A DNA stretch of 64,000 bases from Octopus vulgaris (taxonomy: Eukaryota), in NCBI GenBank assembly GCA_951406725.2, contig OX597814.1:144522001-144586000 (forward strand), written 5' to 3'. Position numbers and translations under genes: made by a program. The notes beneath the pieces are model-generated. The model was not told the origin of the DNA. It worked only from the letters and a program-made list of their open reading frames with translations, and ran no database searches. Position 1 is the first letter of the stretch; the number at the start of each line of letters is the position of its first letter. Positions 40,808 to 55,672 of this stretch are shown in pieces.

Positions 40808-40992
40808 CAGGCGCAGGCGTGGCTATAGGCACAGGGCGTGGATATGGGGTAAGAAGTTTTCTTCCCAACCGCATAGTCCTGGGTTCAGTCCCACTGGTGG
40901 CATCATGATCAGGTGCCTTCTACTATAGCTTCAGGCCGTCCACAGCTTTGTAAGTGGATTTGGTAGATGGAAACTGGAAGAAGCCCGTCGTA
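40808..40992 (+). mobile_element. SINE family A 5' half
   Basis: Family motif. Confidence 0.7.
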
Positions 40993-41006
40993 TAAATATA
41001 TATATA

Positions 41007-41069
<63 letters not shown>

Positions 41070-41708
41070 AAGAAGAAAAAATGCTACTTTCTTAAAATTG
41101 GGTTCAATTTAATTTCCCTTTATATAAACACGTTAAAAGAAGAATGTTTTGGTTTTGCTTTCCTTGTTTCGATTTTTGAAAAACCTTATCAAAAATATGT
41201 ACTAAATGGAATATGTAGATAGAAAAGAGCTTTTAATAAAATTAAATTAAAATTAACATTCATAGTTTACTTTGGTTTTTTTTTTTTCTGCATGAGCACG
41301 TGGTAATTTCCGTTAATTTTCGTGGCATGACAATTTGAACTGTCTGTAACGGCAAATTGCTACTATCTGTTTTGGCAAATTAAATAGTGTGATCAAGACT
41401 TGTTTTCTATAGGAGTGGCTGTAGTAGTCGCATAACTAGCAACAGTAATAATAATAGTCGTCGTGGAGATGTTGTTCCCCCTGGGGTTTTAATAGAAATC
41501 GGGTTCTTCGACCCGTTGTCTTTATTTCTTATGAATAACTTGCACATCCATATACACACATATACACATATACACATATACACACATGTACACATATACA
41601 CACAAACAGACACACACACACTCATACATATACATACTCATACATATACACATACATGTACACAATAAGCACACGCATATATATACATACATGCATGCAT
41701 ATATATAT

Positions 41709-43042
41709 GGGTTCCGTAATGGAAGGGACTACCTAACACAGCTCCTGCATCACTTTGATGACATTTTGAGAGCTTTGGGAGAGGGCTCCAACACCGATGT
41801 CATCTACCTTGATTTCAGTAAGGCCTTCGACAGGGTCGATCACAAGATCCTATTGAAAAAACTATCCAACATTGGTGTCTCTGGAAAGTTACTGAAATGG
41901 ATCAAGTGTTTCCTGACAGACAGATCTCAACATGTTGTAGTTGAAGGGGTAAAATCAAGCCCAGCCAAAGTCAGTAGTGGCGTTCCGCAAGGCACTGTGC
42001 TGGGCCCACTTCTTTTCATCATCTACATTAATGACATCAATGACATCATCAAGCACAGCAACATAAAAATCTTTGCAGATGATTCCAAGCTACAGAAGGT
42101 CATAAATGAGGCGAGTGACCGGACATGCCTTCAGTCAGATCTACTGGCTGTTATCCAATGGGCAGAAAAAAACAATATGCTGCTGAACGAGGATAAATTT
42201 GAGTTAATCCACTTTGGCAAAGAGGATGCCCTGAAACTCCCATACTCCCTTCCTTCAGGTGAAACTCTCGCGGCGTCCAACAACATCAGAGACTTGGGAG
42301 TAATTGTAGACAACAACATAAGCTGGGCCACTCATATAAACACCAAAGTTGACATGGCCCGCAGAATGTGTTCCTGGATTCTCAGAACTTTCCAGTCGAG
42401 AGATATCCACACCATTATCCTTCTCTTCTCCACTTTTGCCCGACCCCACCTTGAATACTGTTGTCCACTGTGGTCTCCCCACACAATACAAAGTATCATA
42501 AAAGTTGAAGCACCTCGAAGGGCAATCACAAGAAAGATAGATGGCATGACAGGCCTCGACTATACTAGAAAAGCTAAAACTTTATTCTCTCCAACGTCGT
42601 CGTGAGCGCTACATCATCTGCATGATGTGGAAAATATTCCATCAGCATTGCCCAAATGATGTTGGCATCACCTTTAAGGTACATCCAAGGCTTGGGCCCC
42701 GTGCCATCCGCCCAAAACAAAAATCGCACTCTCATCTCATAACAACAATACGGCACAATTATTTCACCTCAATTGGCCCCGCTCTCTTTAACATTACACC
42801 AAAACACATTAAAACAGAAACTGACCCTATAGGGTTCAAGAAGTCTTTGGACAGATTCCTTCAAGAAATCCCGGATAAACCCCCTACACCCGGATATGTC
42901 TCTGTAAACAATAACTCTCTACTTGAGTGGGCCATAGTGCCCAAATTCTGACTTGAAAGACTTCACCAGGTGGTGCTATTAAGTTAGACATGGCCTGGGC
43001 CAATAATGGCCGAAACCTATCAAAGTATCAAAGTATCAAAGT
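41709..43042 (+). mobile_element. CR1/L2-group LINE, 5'-truncated reverse transcriptase with (TATCAAAG)n tail
   Basis: GFRNGR, YLDFSKAFDRVDH, GVPQGTVLGPLLF, FADD, RDLGV, RPHLEYC; single frameshift near 42560; 8-bp repeat tail. Confidence 0.92.
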
Positions 43043-43074
43043 ATATATATATATATATATATACATACACACAC

Positions 43075-43140
<66 letters not shown>

Positions 43141-43228
43141 GATCCGAAAATGGAGGAATAAATAAGAATGAGAAGTGGATCTTTGGTGCTAAAAAGGCCA
43201 TCATTTAATTACTTAAAGATGAGAGTGA

Positions 43229-43305
43229 GTTTATAGCTGTTTCCGTGTACTATTCTGAGGTAAATATGTATTTACCTCGTTGCAAATAGTAGACCTCATC
43301 AGAAC
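43229..43305 (-). ncRNA. type I hammerhead ribozyme motif
   Basis: Minus: gtt-CTGATGA-ggtctactatt..gaggtaaata/tatttacctc..aatagtacacg-GAAA-cagcta-TA-aac. Confidence 0.7.
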
Positions 43306-44382
43306 GAAAAAGGCAAAAATAGACAAGTATAAGGAATTCAACAATAACGCATAAAATCACCAGACAGCAAGCTGTGACTCAACCTATGGTGTCAGTGTTT
43401 CATTTTAGATCGTCGAGACTCTTGGTTCCAAGTCTGTGAGGCATTGCGCATTCATTCCATACTATCAGCTCAGAAACCTTACACTGAACTGTCAGTGTGT
43501 AAGGCTGAGTGGTAGCTTAAAAGCTATGATCGATCCTGTCACTTATGGGCAAAGTTACAGAAATTCCAGAAGAAGCCATTGCAATGGTAATTTGCCTGTG
43601 ATGACGAATCTTTACCAAAATTAGGTTAATCAAGACTTTACGTGTACTAGCGGAAGCATCAAAGAAAGCAATTTCTCCATAGCCAGATGTCACCAATTGT
43701 TCGATCCTTCTTTAAAAGCTTCATTTTTTAATCTGTAATCAAGAGTGAACGCACAGACGGACGAACGGCCGAATGGATGGATGGATGGGTGGATGGATGG
43801 ATGGATGGATGGATGGATGGATGGATGGATGGATGGATGGATGGATAATGTCAAGTAGATCGAAGATAATTTAACATAATCACACATCTGCTACAGTACT
43901 CCTTACTGTTGAATATATTTCGCAGATCTTGTGAATGCTCTGAAGACACATACTTTCTGACTACATATTTACCCCCGTGTTAATATGGAACACAATATGT
44001 TGAATCACGGTCGACAGCTAGTTTCCTGTGAATTGGATTAATATTGATGAAATTTAGAGACATACATGAATCTTCAAGATAATGTAAGAAGTTACTAGGA
44101 GAGCAAGAGAATTAAGACGTGTCAATCATGAATCGAGCATGAATCACAGACTCAGATCGTACACACGGACACACTTGCGCACAAACATGCGCATATACAT
44201 ACATTTATGAGTGTAGACACATACAAAACATACACAAGCTATGTAAAGAAGCATATCCAAGATATGCATAGCAGGATCGAAATCGAGACCTCATGGTTGC
44301 ACAACCAACACACACTCTTCCAATTCTCTCACTCTTTCTGTCTCAGATATATTACAAAACAATATATATTGGAGGCACAGTA

Positions 44383-44640
44383 CGCTGGGCGAAATGCTTA
44401 GCGGTATTTCGTCCGCCGCTGCGTTTTGAGTTCAAATTCCGCCGAGGTCGACAAACAAGGACAGACAAAGGCATTAAGTCGATTACATCGACCACAGTGC
44501 GTAACTGGTACTTAATTTATCGATCCCGAAAGAATGAAAGGCAAAGTCAACCTCGGCGGAATTTGAACTCAGAACGTAACGGCAGACGAAATACCGCTAA
44601 GCATTTAGCCCGGTGTGCTAACGTTTCTGCCAGCTCGCCA
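44383..44640. mobile_element. two SINE family B copies in inverted orientation
   Basis: 44383-44450 plus fragment abuts 44451-44640 minus copy. Confidence 0.75.
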
Positions 44641-44739
44641 TCCTAACAACATATATTAATGTATATGTGTGTGGGCACATATGTATATATATGTATTGTG
44701 TGGATATACATATATACACACAGGTTTAAATGTATTCTC

Positions 44740-44936
44740 TTATTCTTTTACTTGTTTCAGTCATTTGACTGCGGCCATGCTGGAGCAGCACCTTGAAGGG
44801 ATTTAGTCGAAAAAGTCAACTCCAAGACTTATTTGTTAAGCCTAGTACTTATTTAGGGATGTAAACACATCAACAACGGTTGTCAAGCGGTGATGAGGTG
44901 ACAAACACAGACACACACGTAGATATATATATATAT

Positions 44937-44971
<35 letters not shown>

Positions 44972-45105
44972 AAATCCACTCACAAGACTTTGGCTGGCGC
45001 GAGGCTTTAATATAAGACTCTTTCCCAAGGTGCCACGTAGTTGGACTGGACCTGGAACCAAGTAGTTGGGAAGCAAGCTTCTTACCACACAGTCACGTCT
45101 GTGCC
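44740..45105 (-). mobile_element. SINE family A
   Basis: Family motif. Confidence 0.8.
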
Positions 45106-45338
45106 TACACCTCCCCTACACTCCACACACAGACACACACACACACACACACAAATATATATATTGATACTGATATTAAGCAGAAACAAAAGCGTGACTC
45201 AAGGTCTGAGAGTTTCATGCGTTGGCATGGATCTTAAGTTCCTCTGTTGCTTCAGTTAAATAATAATAATGATACATATATACTCATATTTTGAGTTCTC
45301 ATTTTCTTGTTTGCATCAACATGCCTATATATATATAT

Positions 45339-45738
45339 AGGCGTAGGAGTAGCTGTGCCGTAATTAGCTTGCTTACCAACCGCATGGTTCTGCATTCAGT
45401 CCCACTGCGTGGCACCTTGGGCAAGTTTCTTCTACTATAACCTCGGGCCGACCAAAGCCTTGTGAGTGAATTTGGTAGACGGAAACTGAAAGAAGCCCGT
45501 CGTATATATGTATATGTATGTATGTGTCAGTGTATATGTTTGTGTGTCTGTGTTTGTCCCTCCAACATCGCTTAACAACCGATGCTGGTGTGCTTACGTC
45601 CCCGTAAATTAGCGGTTCGGCAAAAGAAACCGATAAAATAAGTACTAGGCTTTCAAAGAATAAGTCCTGGGGTCGATTTGCTCGACTAAAGTCGGTGCTC
45701 CAGCATGGCCACAGTCAAATGACTGAAACAAGTAAAAG
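45339..45738 (+). mobile_element. SINE family A
   Basis: Family motif. Confidence 0.85.
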
Positions 45739-45926
45739 ATATCTATATATACACATATATATATATGTCTATGTATATATATATGTATATGCATATGTAT
45801 ATGTATATATATTTATATATGTGTGTGTGTGTATATATATATGTACATATATATATATGTATGCATGTATATACAAAATACACATATATATACATAAATA
45901 TATAATTATATTTAACTATATGGGTG

Positions 45927-45975
<49 letters not shown>

Positions 45976-46500
45976 AAAAAAATTTTAATCTACACTATGG
46001 ATTAATTCATCTTCTCTTCGAAACTAATAAGTTTTTAAAAATCTGTGATAAGACTGTGCATCATCATTAAGGAACTTTGGAAAACTGTTTACAACCTATA
46101 TCTGCCTCTAATGGAATTATCTCCAATATTTCATGAGTATAACCTCACCCACTAAGATGTCTAGAGAACTCATATGTATTTTAGCTGATGAGTACGGGAC
46201 ACTTTTATCTGCTGCAATTTTTGAAACTTGTAATAAAGCCTGTCTTTGTATGAAACAATTGTACTAAAAACTAATCCATTCTTGTTGCTTCTTTCTCGTA
46301 TATATACATATATGTATGCTTTTGTATATATGTATGTAGATACACGCACACACACACATACATACACACACATACGCATATATATATATAGGTATATAGA
46401 GATGTAGATATGTATGCATATATATATTTGCTCATGTGTACGATATACATGTATATTATATAAATATAAATATAAATATAGATACGTGTGTGTATGCATT

Positions 46501-46540
<40 letters not shown>

Positions 46541-46743
46541 TGTATAATCGATATATATATATATATATATATGGGCCGATGCATGCATCCTTATATACAT
46601 ACATACATACATACATACATACATACATACATACACACACGCACACACACACACACACATACATACATACATACATACATACATACATACATACATACAT
46701 ACATACATACATACATACATACATACATACATACATACATACA

Positions 46744-46774
<31 letters not shown>

Positions 46775-46921
46775 GGAAATGAGACAGTGTAGGTCTGTTT
46801 CCAAATTATGAATTTTGGAACTTTATTGTTCCAAACTTGCTGGAAAAATAAAAATAACAAAGTACGAGAAAATCTACAATAAGATAAAATTTGAACACAG
46901 TTGTATATTTTATGAAGCACA

Positions 46922-46969
<48 letters not shown>

Positions 46970-49900
46970 CATACAAATACGTATATATGTGCGTGTATTT
47001 GTGTGTGTATGTATGTGTTAAATTAGGATTATTGTCTTAAAGTATGTTTAAGAACAACGGAACATTTATCCATGAAGTGACCCATTGGTGAAAGGAGAGT
47101 CAAATTTAATATAAGATATGTTGTGGCTAGGAAATTTAATTCTTCATATGAAAGTACTCTATTTGATATATGTATATATATTATATCGTATTCTATTATA
47201 TTTTATATTTTATCTTATATTACATTATACTATATAACGTCTATTTTTCCTGAAATATTCCAGTTGGTAAATATTTCTGCATCATGTTGTTATGTCCCGT
47301 GTAAACCCTGAATTGAACACAAATATTATCAGCCATGATCACCCTGTAGATGTTAATGTTTAAATTGAGGGCGAATATGGCTGCCATTTCGGTCAGGTCT
47401 AACTACAGCAGGGAGCTGTAGTGTCTATTGCATTCTAACCTTTGAATCAAGTATGCAATCTGCACAGAGGTTTCCATGTTGTGTTGTTTTGTTGCATAGC
47501 CGTCTTTGAATCAGAACAGAGACTACAATAAACACACAAACGAAAAGAATTGAGATACAGGATGTATTCTGAAGATGAAACTAAAGACTACAGTAGTTCA
47601 TATACAAATATATTATGAATATTTTTGTCTCTTAGATTAACTATAAATCTTAGAACATTCTCATCAGATGTGTCTTTCTCATCAAATCGCTAAATTGGGA
47701 GATGGTTGTGCCTTACATTGCAGTTTCTTGGTTATCTTTACTAACTGTTCGTTTTTCTTTTATCTCATTATTTGATTTTTCAATAACATTAGAAACTACT
47801 GATTTGTTATTGATTTCTAACATAGGTACAAGGCCACAAATCCGTGACACAATCGATTAAATCGTCCTCATTATATGACTGATAATTCATTTTATCGAAA
47901 ATTTGAAAAGGGAAATCATTATTGCTGATTCCTTAGGTGAGACCACAAGACTCAAAGACCAAAATGTAAGTTTCTGCAAGTTTCAATAAGATTTTTTCAT
48001 TTTCTTTTTTTTTTATTTTTTTTTATTTTATTTTGTATAAATGACATGGTCAAGGGAAGAAGGGCAATAGCCACGACATTTTCACAAGACCTCTGAAACT
48101 GTTGGGATGAAGATACTGATTTCTCAAGCCATTCAGTTTGGTCCTAAAGCTTGCAAGAGAATTGACTCTATTAAAGTTATTCGAGAGCCGTGCGACTGTG
48201 TTAAACCGGATGATGAATAACGATTACAACCAAACAGGATTTCACAAAGTTTTCGTCAACCAAATTTCATGTTTTAGGGGCTGGGGCAAATTGGGATGAA
48301 ATTCTAGCTCACTTGATTTCAAAGCAAACCTCTTAACCACACGACTGATGAAGACATTTTATCAAGGCTCTGCAATGTTTAACATTCACATAGAGTGATG
48401 CTGTGTTGATTGTTGTTGAGCAGTTACATGTCAGCCTTAATTGAGTAGACTTATGATCAAAGGCATTCCAGCCTTTGCTATCCTCTTTTCTTCTGGCATA
48501 GTGTATCCCGGGTCATATTATCCAATGTGTATCTTCTTTTTTAAGACAATAGTGTGTGATTTAATAAGGATTTTAGTTCTATTTACAACATCAAGATTCT
48601 TGAAATATTGGTTCTAAGATATATACCACCTATATATAAGATTACAGATTTTAGGAGGAAGGCCATAGTCATATCATCCCTCTGACTATTTGATTGGTCC
48701 TTATTTTATCGGACCCAGAAGGGTGAAATGCTCTATCATCTTTAGTGGTGTCAAAATATCGTTCTAATGATTTTGCCCTCTCCAATTCTCTCTACCATCC
48801 ACCATCCCTACGTTTCTAAAAGAATATAAATATTTAACAGTTGGTATATGGTCACAATTTGTTTGAGATTGAGAATATAGTTGATTGTATTGACCCAAGT
48901 ACTTCGCTACAACTTATTTTGTCAACTCCGAAAGGATAAAGAGCCAAGTCGATCCCAAAGTCGATGGTATTTGAATTCAGAACATAGAGATGTAACTAAA
49001 TCCCTCAAGACATTATACATGACACTCATACAATTCTGCCAATTCAATTAGATATTGGAAGCAGATTTCAAGAAATCGTATGACGTCATTAAGACTTTAA
49101 ACGTTAGCGATTAAAATGAGAAAAGAGCTCTAAAATTATTCAAAGAATAAAGAGACAAATTATCAAAAATACTTTTTTTTCTTTTGTCATCCCGAAGAAT
49201 ATCAATTTTTTGATTCGGTAAAACATTTGTTAGTTACGTTAATTTGAAATTTACTTACAGCTTATGTGATTCGTTACCCAGAATTGGTAGACACTCCTTA
49301 GACAATAGGATTTCACAACAGTTTACTTCTTGATTAAAACAATACTTGGGTTTTCATCTTTTACAACTGAGAACAACTCGAGAAACTGTATTTTATAAAG
49401 AACTTCTACGCCTTTCACAATTTACCACTTGGCTTAAGGATGTTACCACGGCTATTTTCAAAGTGTATTCATTCATCCATTATCTTTTATTTTCATTTTA
49501 CTTTATTTTGTTTTTCGCAAGTTCATTATATTTTATCTACTGTTCAACTGACATTCTGCTATAAATACGTGAAGTGCTCCTTAGAATGCTTCTAGAAGAG
49601 ACTTCTAACGAAATACATGCACACATACAAAAGCATTGTTCAAGGAGGAAATTTTTTTTACTTTCTATCTCTTACTTTCTTCCTTGAAAAAAAAAAAGAA
49701 ATTTCTCTCCCGGTCGTCAAATAGCTATACTCTTGTGCGATGGAGGCGTGAAGCAAACATAAATCTAAAATAATGCGTTAACCTTGTCGAATGAACCACG
49801 TTTACTTTTATTTATCTTATGTATTTTCTATTCTATATATATGTACGTGTGTGTGCGTGTGTATAAGTGAGTGTATGTATGTTTGTGTCTATGTTTTTAG

Positions 49901-52240
49901 GAGGTTTTTTTATGGTGTTAGGAACGGACCGGAAATCTGTCTCTTAAAAAGAAAAGAAGAGTCGCTGTTTTAGAACTGAAGTATACCGCGCAGACAGGCG
50001 TTAAAAAGACATTAGGGACATTAGGAATATGATAAAAACGGTGACTAGGTGACCGTTGGTGTTAGCTTTTCTTCGTGATGAGTTAGAACACCACCGAAGT
50101 CTTCGTATTCATGCAAGTTAGTCTGGCAGAGTTATATCCACGGGGTAGATTGATCTCAACATAAAAATTTTACAGCGTTAATTCTACAGTGCGTACTTAC
50201 TACAAAGGAGCTGCTATGCGATCGCCGGACCTGCTAGAAATAACGACTAAACATCGCCTCAAACCACACTCCACCGTTTTAAAAAAAATGATGATATATT
50301 TAAGACATTTGGTGATGTAATATTTATTTTTTAAATTTTTAGCTTAAGACCAATAATTTTGAGGAGAGAAATAAGTCGATTACATCGACCCTGGTAATTA
50401 TTCCGTCGACCACGAATGGATGAAAAATAAGGATGACCACGGCGATATTTGAACTTAGAATCTAAAGCCGGAAGAAATTTTCACTAAGCATTTTGCCCCG
50501 CACAGCAATAAATGATGCATTATTAGATAGAAGATGTCTGAGAAGAGAAAATGACTTGATGATCATGGATGGAACCATGATCAACGGTCAGCTCGATCAA
50601 GACTGACGTGGCTCTAAACAACAAGAAACATATGTACCATCATCATGATACACTTGCTAACTGTTTTGGTCAATTCATTTTCAGAAAGCTATGTTTGCGA
50701 CATGGCACGAACCACCAAGCAAGCAACACATAAACGGGCATTAAATCTCCTCTTGAGCAAGTGAAACTCACATTTTACGTTATCTCTTTATCCCTCAACC
50801 CCTTCCTGCCTTTTATAAAGACGTTTTTGGTTAATCAGTTGACGTGAAGAAATTCACAAGCTTATAGTACTTATATTTGAAACAAAATATGAATTAGGGT
50901 TACTATTTACAATAAACACAAACTCCCTTGATTTATTTAAAAGAACCTCCGTTGAATGAACAAAAACTTACACACTCGTTACAACTCATTATCTCTTGTG
51001 TGTGTATGTGTGTGTGTGTGTGTATGTGTGCGCGCACGCGTGTGTGTGGATGTGTATGCGTATATACACATATACGTATACGTAACCACAGAGAGAGAGA
51101 GAGAGAGAGAGAGAAATAAAAGGCAGTGAATTGGCCGTGTCATCTGAGCATTAGATAGAATGCTTTGCGACACCTGTTTCTTTATGTTTTGAGTTCAAAT
51201 CTTGTGGTCAACTTTGTCTTTCATCTCTTCTAATTGATAAAGAAAGTACCAGTCTAGTACTTCTCTCTCCCTCTCTCTTTTCTCTCTCTCGCTCTCACTC
51301 TCTCAAATCTGTTGTGTTCTCACCTGAAGAGAGATGAACTCTACTGGATTTTCAAAAAGAATTCTCAAAGCACGTTCTGTGTTACAACAGTGCTTCTGAA
51401 ACTCCGACAGGAGTTGAAGACTGAAGGTATTCTATATTCCACAATAGCCTATTAGTGCTGTTTAAAGTAACTAGAAGCACACTATCTCCAGCTAATTTGT
51501 GTGTGTCGAACACTGCAGGCTCTGTACTAGACAATATGTTCCGTTTTTACCTCCCAACTTTCTGATATTCAAGCTGGACATTAAATGTATTGACGTACTC
51601 AATCTCAGAACGCCAGTGACGGTCATTGACATTGACTTTTCTCCCCGATTCTCTCCCTTTCTCTCTCCCTCTCTCCCTCTCTCTCTCTATCTCTCTCTCT
51701 CTCTCTCTCTCTCATTCATTCACTCACTCACTCACTTTATATACCTTGCCAACAGGCGGCGGTAATCATGGGTCTCTATATCATCCTGTCTCGCACACAA
51801 CTTATCAAGTTAACATAATTAACATGCTAATTAAAAGAACTAACATTTAAAAAACAATAAATCGTATAAGTTTAGTGTTATTCGTCAAAGACAGGGCCAG
51901 ATGTCTTACTGCAAGTAATAAACTCAATCCTGGCCTGTAAATGACATCATTCCAAAATGAAGATCTGAAATTCAAATAAAAAAGATAGGTATGTCAATCC
52001 ATCAACAGACATACAAACAAAACCATGCATTCACACAGACAAAGTATGGCTATGCATACGCTATGTGCATGGTTGATCAGACATACCTAAGAATGCATGT
52101 ACACGTATACGTCGAGATGTATACAAATACACACATACCTGTGTACAACAGGGTAGCACCCATACATGAACCTATAGAACTGAGTAACGACACTTACTAT
52201 TATATATGTGTATGTATATATATATATATATATATATATA

Positions 52241-52272
52241 CAAGCTTCTTACCACGCAGCTACGCCTGCGTC

Positions 52273-52324
<52 letters not shown>

Positions 52325-52390
52325 TACACATATACATAAATATATGTAAATATACATATATACATGTATAGACACAAACACACATATACA

Positions 52391-52443
<53 letters not shown>

Positions 52444-52470
52444 GTATATGTGTGTTTGTGTCTATACATG

Positions 52471-52501
<31 letters not shown>

Positions 52502-52556
52502 CTGTGTGTGTATGTATGTGTACATGTATGTATATACATATGCACACACATTATAT

Positions 52557-52614
<58 letters not shown>

Positions 52615-52679
52615 ATGTGTGTATATAATGTGTGTGCATATGTATATACATACATGTACACATACATACACACACACAG

Positions 52680-52718
<39 letters not shown>

Positions 52719-52745
52719 CATGTATAGACACAAACACACATATAC

Positions 52746-52799
<54 letters not shown>

Positions 52800-52864
52800 G
52801 TATATGTGTGTTTGTGTCTATACATGTATATATGTATATTTACATATATTTATGTATGTGTGTA

Positions 52865-52897
<33 letters not shown>

Positions 52898-52932
52898 TCA
52901 GACGCAGGCGTAGCTGCGTGGTAAGAAGCTTG
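52241..52932. repeat. ~690-bp palindrome of compound microsatellite bounded by SINE A heads
   Basis: caagcttcttaccacgcagctacgcctgcgtctgaata ... tattcagacgcaggcgtagctgcgtggtaagaagcttg; internal blocks mirror around ~52590. Confidence 0.8.
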
Positions 52933-53245
52933 CTTGTTTCCCAACCACATGGTTCCGGGTTCAGTCCCACTGCATGACACCTTGGGTAAGTGTCTTCTAC
53001 TATAACCTCGGGTCGACCAAAGACTTGTGAGTGGATATGGTAGACGGAAACTGAAAGAAGCTTGTATATATTTGTATGTCTGAGTTTGTCCCCACCTCCC
53101 ACCATCGCTTGACAACCGATGTTGGTGTGTTTACATCGCTGTAACCTAGCGGTTCGGCAAAATATACCTATAGAATAATTACTAGGCTTACAAAGAATAA
53201 GTCCTGAGGTCAGTCAGATGACTGAGACAAATAAAACAATAAAAA
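52899..53245 (+). mobile_element. SINE family A
   Basis: Family motif. Confidence 0.8.
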
Positions 53246-54844
53246 AGAATAAATAGAAAAACTGCAAAAAGCGTGTGAATCTGAGACGCGAATATGTTGA
53301 ATAAAATCACAATTAACTGGTCCTCCTGTATTTTGTTTTACCTAAATCACCCAGTCGTATAAGATGCATAAAGCCTGGGGATATTCGGAGGAAAATACAC
53401 AATAGAAGTGTGTAGCTGTAAGTAGAGGTAATACAGCTAAATAAACTGACGGACGTGAAGCTTGGAAACGCATCACGTAAATATATATTATGTATATTAA
53501 AGAAAAAAAGGAATATGTCAGTCTAAATAAAAGGTCATATATTGTAAAAGGTCATCTGCGGGAAGTGTACTGCAATGTTAGCCCATAGTAAATGTGGACA
53601 TATGAATATTGTGGAGTAAGTCTAGGAATATAAGAGAGTGACGTATATGTGGGTTAATAATGAAAATCAAACATTAATGAGTTATTTATGACTAAGAATA
53701 GTATATGAGTAATTACATAGTAAAATCTTTGAAAAGTTATTAAAATAAAACAAAAGTTATTCGTAAGCTCTACAATAAATGGTGTATAGAAGCATGATAC
53801 AAGTGAGAGGTGCTTGTGAGAGGTACGCATGCAGTAGCGAGAAGGCGACAGAACGAAGAAGCAGTGGTTTGGAAGACAGAAAGGAGTAATTGCAAAAACA
53901 AAACAGGTAAAAGTGCAAGAAAAGTGACGTTAGTGTGTGAAACCTAATAGGTATGGACATACCTGTCACAAGCTCCAAAGTTCCTACAAGCATTAATAAG
54001 CGCCCAGAATTTCCTTTGCTAATAGCTTGAAGAAAACAATTCCAAGTTCAAATATTTAAGATGTAGTGGTTGTGTCTGAACGTTATATTTCTGTGATAAG
54101 CTTGGAGGTCATTTTAAGCTAAAGATGTAAGCAGACGCAGTTTTAAATAGCGACTAATTAATATTATGATTAACAGTACCTTCATCCTTCAATTTCCAGA
54201 TGTAATTAGAGAGTATTGTTGTACTTCTTTCTTCTTGTCGAAAACAATATGTATGTTGGTTGTGTCTGAATATAAAAATCACTCACTGTCTGAGGCCTTC
54301 AGGTGGTGACTTTAATGTAGTATATCATACATTTCTTAAGGCAATTACCGTTTATGGAACAAGTGTTATAGTAAAACAATTTCATAGTGATAACGAGTCG
54401 TATATGGCTGATGGGCGCTAATTTCCTCCAATTAATCTAGTTTGGGAAAAGAAGAAATAGCTGCATGATTGTATCTTACCCTAAAGTAATTCCCAATGAA
54501 AACCTTAGGAAACTTACGGCTAGTAAGAATATAGTTAATGTATATATGCATGTAAATTTAGAAAAGAAGTAATGTTAGGACTAACGGTTTAACAGAAAGG
54601 TGGATTAAACCATAAACATAACTTCACTTGGCATTGTATGAATAAGAAGTATTTTTCTCTGAATATGTATTGAATTTTATCAGTGAAGCTATTAAATACG
54701 ATCAAACGTCCTTTCGGAAGATACTCAGCAAATTCTCTTACTGATATTCCTTTAATAATTCTTAATAACTGCAAAAGAGTGAGCTTTTCAGAATAAGTAC
54801 ATGGGCAAGAACGAGTGGGTTTGTACATATAAATAGATTTGTGT

Positions 54845-54878
<34 letters not shown>

Positions 54879-54900
54879 GTGTGCGTATGTGTGTCTGTAT

Positions 54901-55641
54901 GTATATAAATTAGAGAAGAACCACCTTTTATCAATTCAACAATAAAATAACAATGATATAATTAAATTATACCATATAGAAAGAAATTAAATATACGATA
55001 AAACATATACCAATAATTAAGTAAAGTACAAAATAAATAAAAAGTATATAATTGGTAAAAAGACTACACGTGTTTCGTGACTATATTTTCAAACTGATAA
55101 CAGTAAAATCAATTCAATTTAGATATAGTCACTCTTCAGGTCAAAGATAAAAACAATTAAATAATTAAATAAATTAATATACGTATATAATATTATAAGA
55201 AAATATAAATATATATAAAATACGGAATTTTACAATAAAAATCGAACAAAATATAATAATATATCATAAAATACAAACACGAAATATCTTAACAAATATA
55301 TTCTGTTAACTAAATCTTTAAACTTAATACATAGGACTTATTATTTATAACATTTATCCCGTTAAAAATGTGGTATAAATAAATATAGCCACGAAACACG
55401 TGTAGTCTTTTTACCAATTATATACTTTTTATTTATCATTTTGTACTTTACCAAATTATTGGTATATGTTTTATCGTATATTTAATTTTTTCTATATGGT
55501 TTAATTTAATTATATCATTGTTGAATTGATAAAAGGTGATTCTTCTCTAATTTATATACATATATTATATATTGTGAAATTTGATTTAGTCATACTAAAT
55601 TGAATCTTTCCCTGTAAGTTTGAAATAATATTCCCTAATAT

Positions 55642-55650
<9 letters not shown>
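54901..55650. mobile_element. inverted-repeat element with hammerhead and tail
   Basis: 54901-55088 pairs with 55381-55559; tail to (TA)n. Confidence 0.75.
55062..55142 (-). ncRNA. type I hammerhead ribozyme, apparently intact
   Basis: gac-CTGAAGA-gtgactatat...atatagtcac-GAAA-cacgtg-TA-gtc; all core nucleotides and stems intact. Confidence 0.85.

Positions 55651-55664
<14 letters not shown>

Positions 55665-55672
<8 letters not shown>

Noticed and set aside
53445-53480. CTGACGG...GAAA motif
   Set aside because: Core mismatch and no stems; expected by chance
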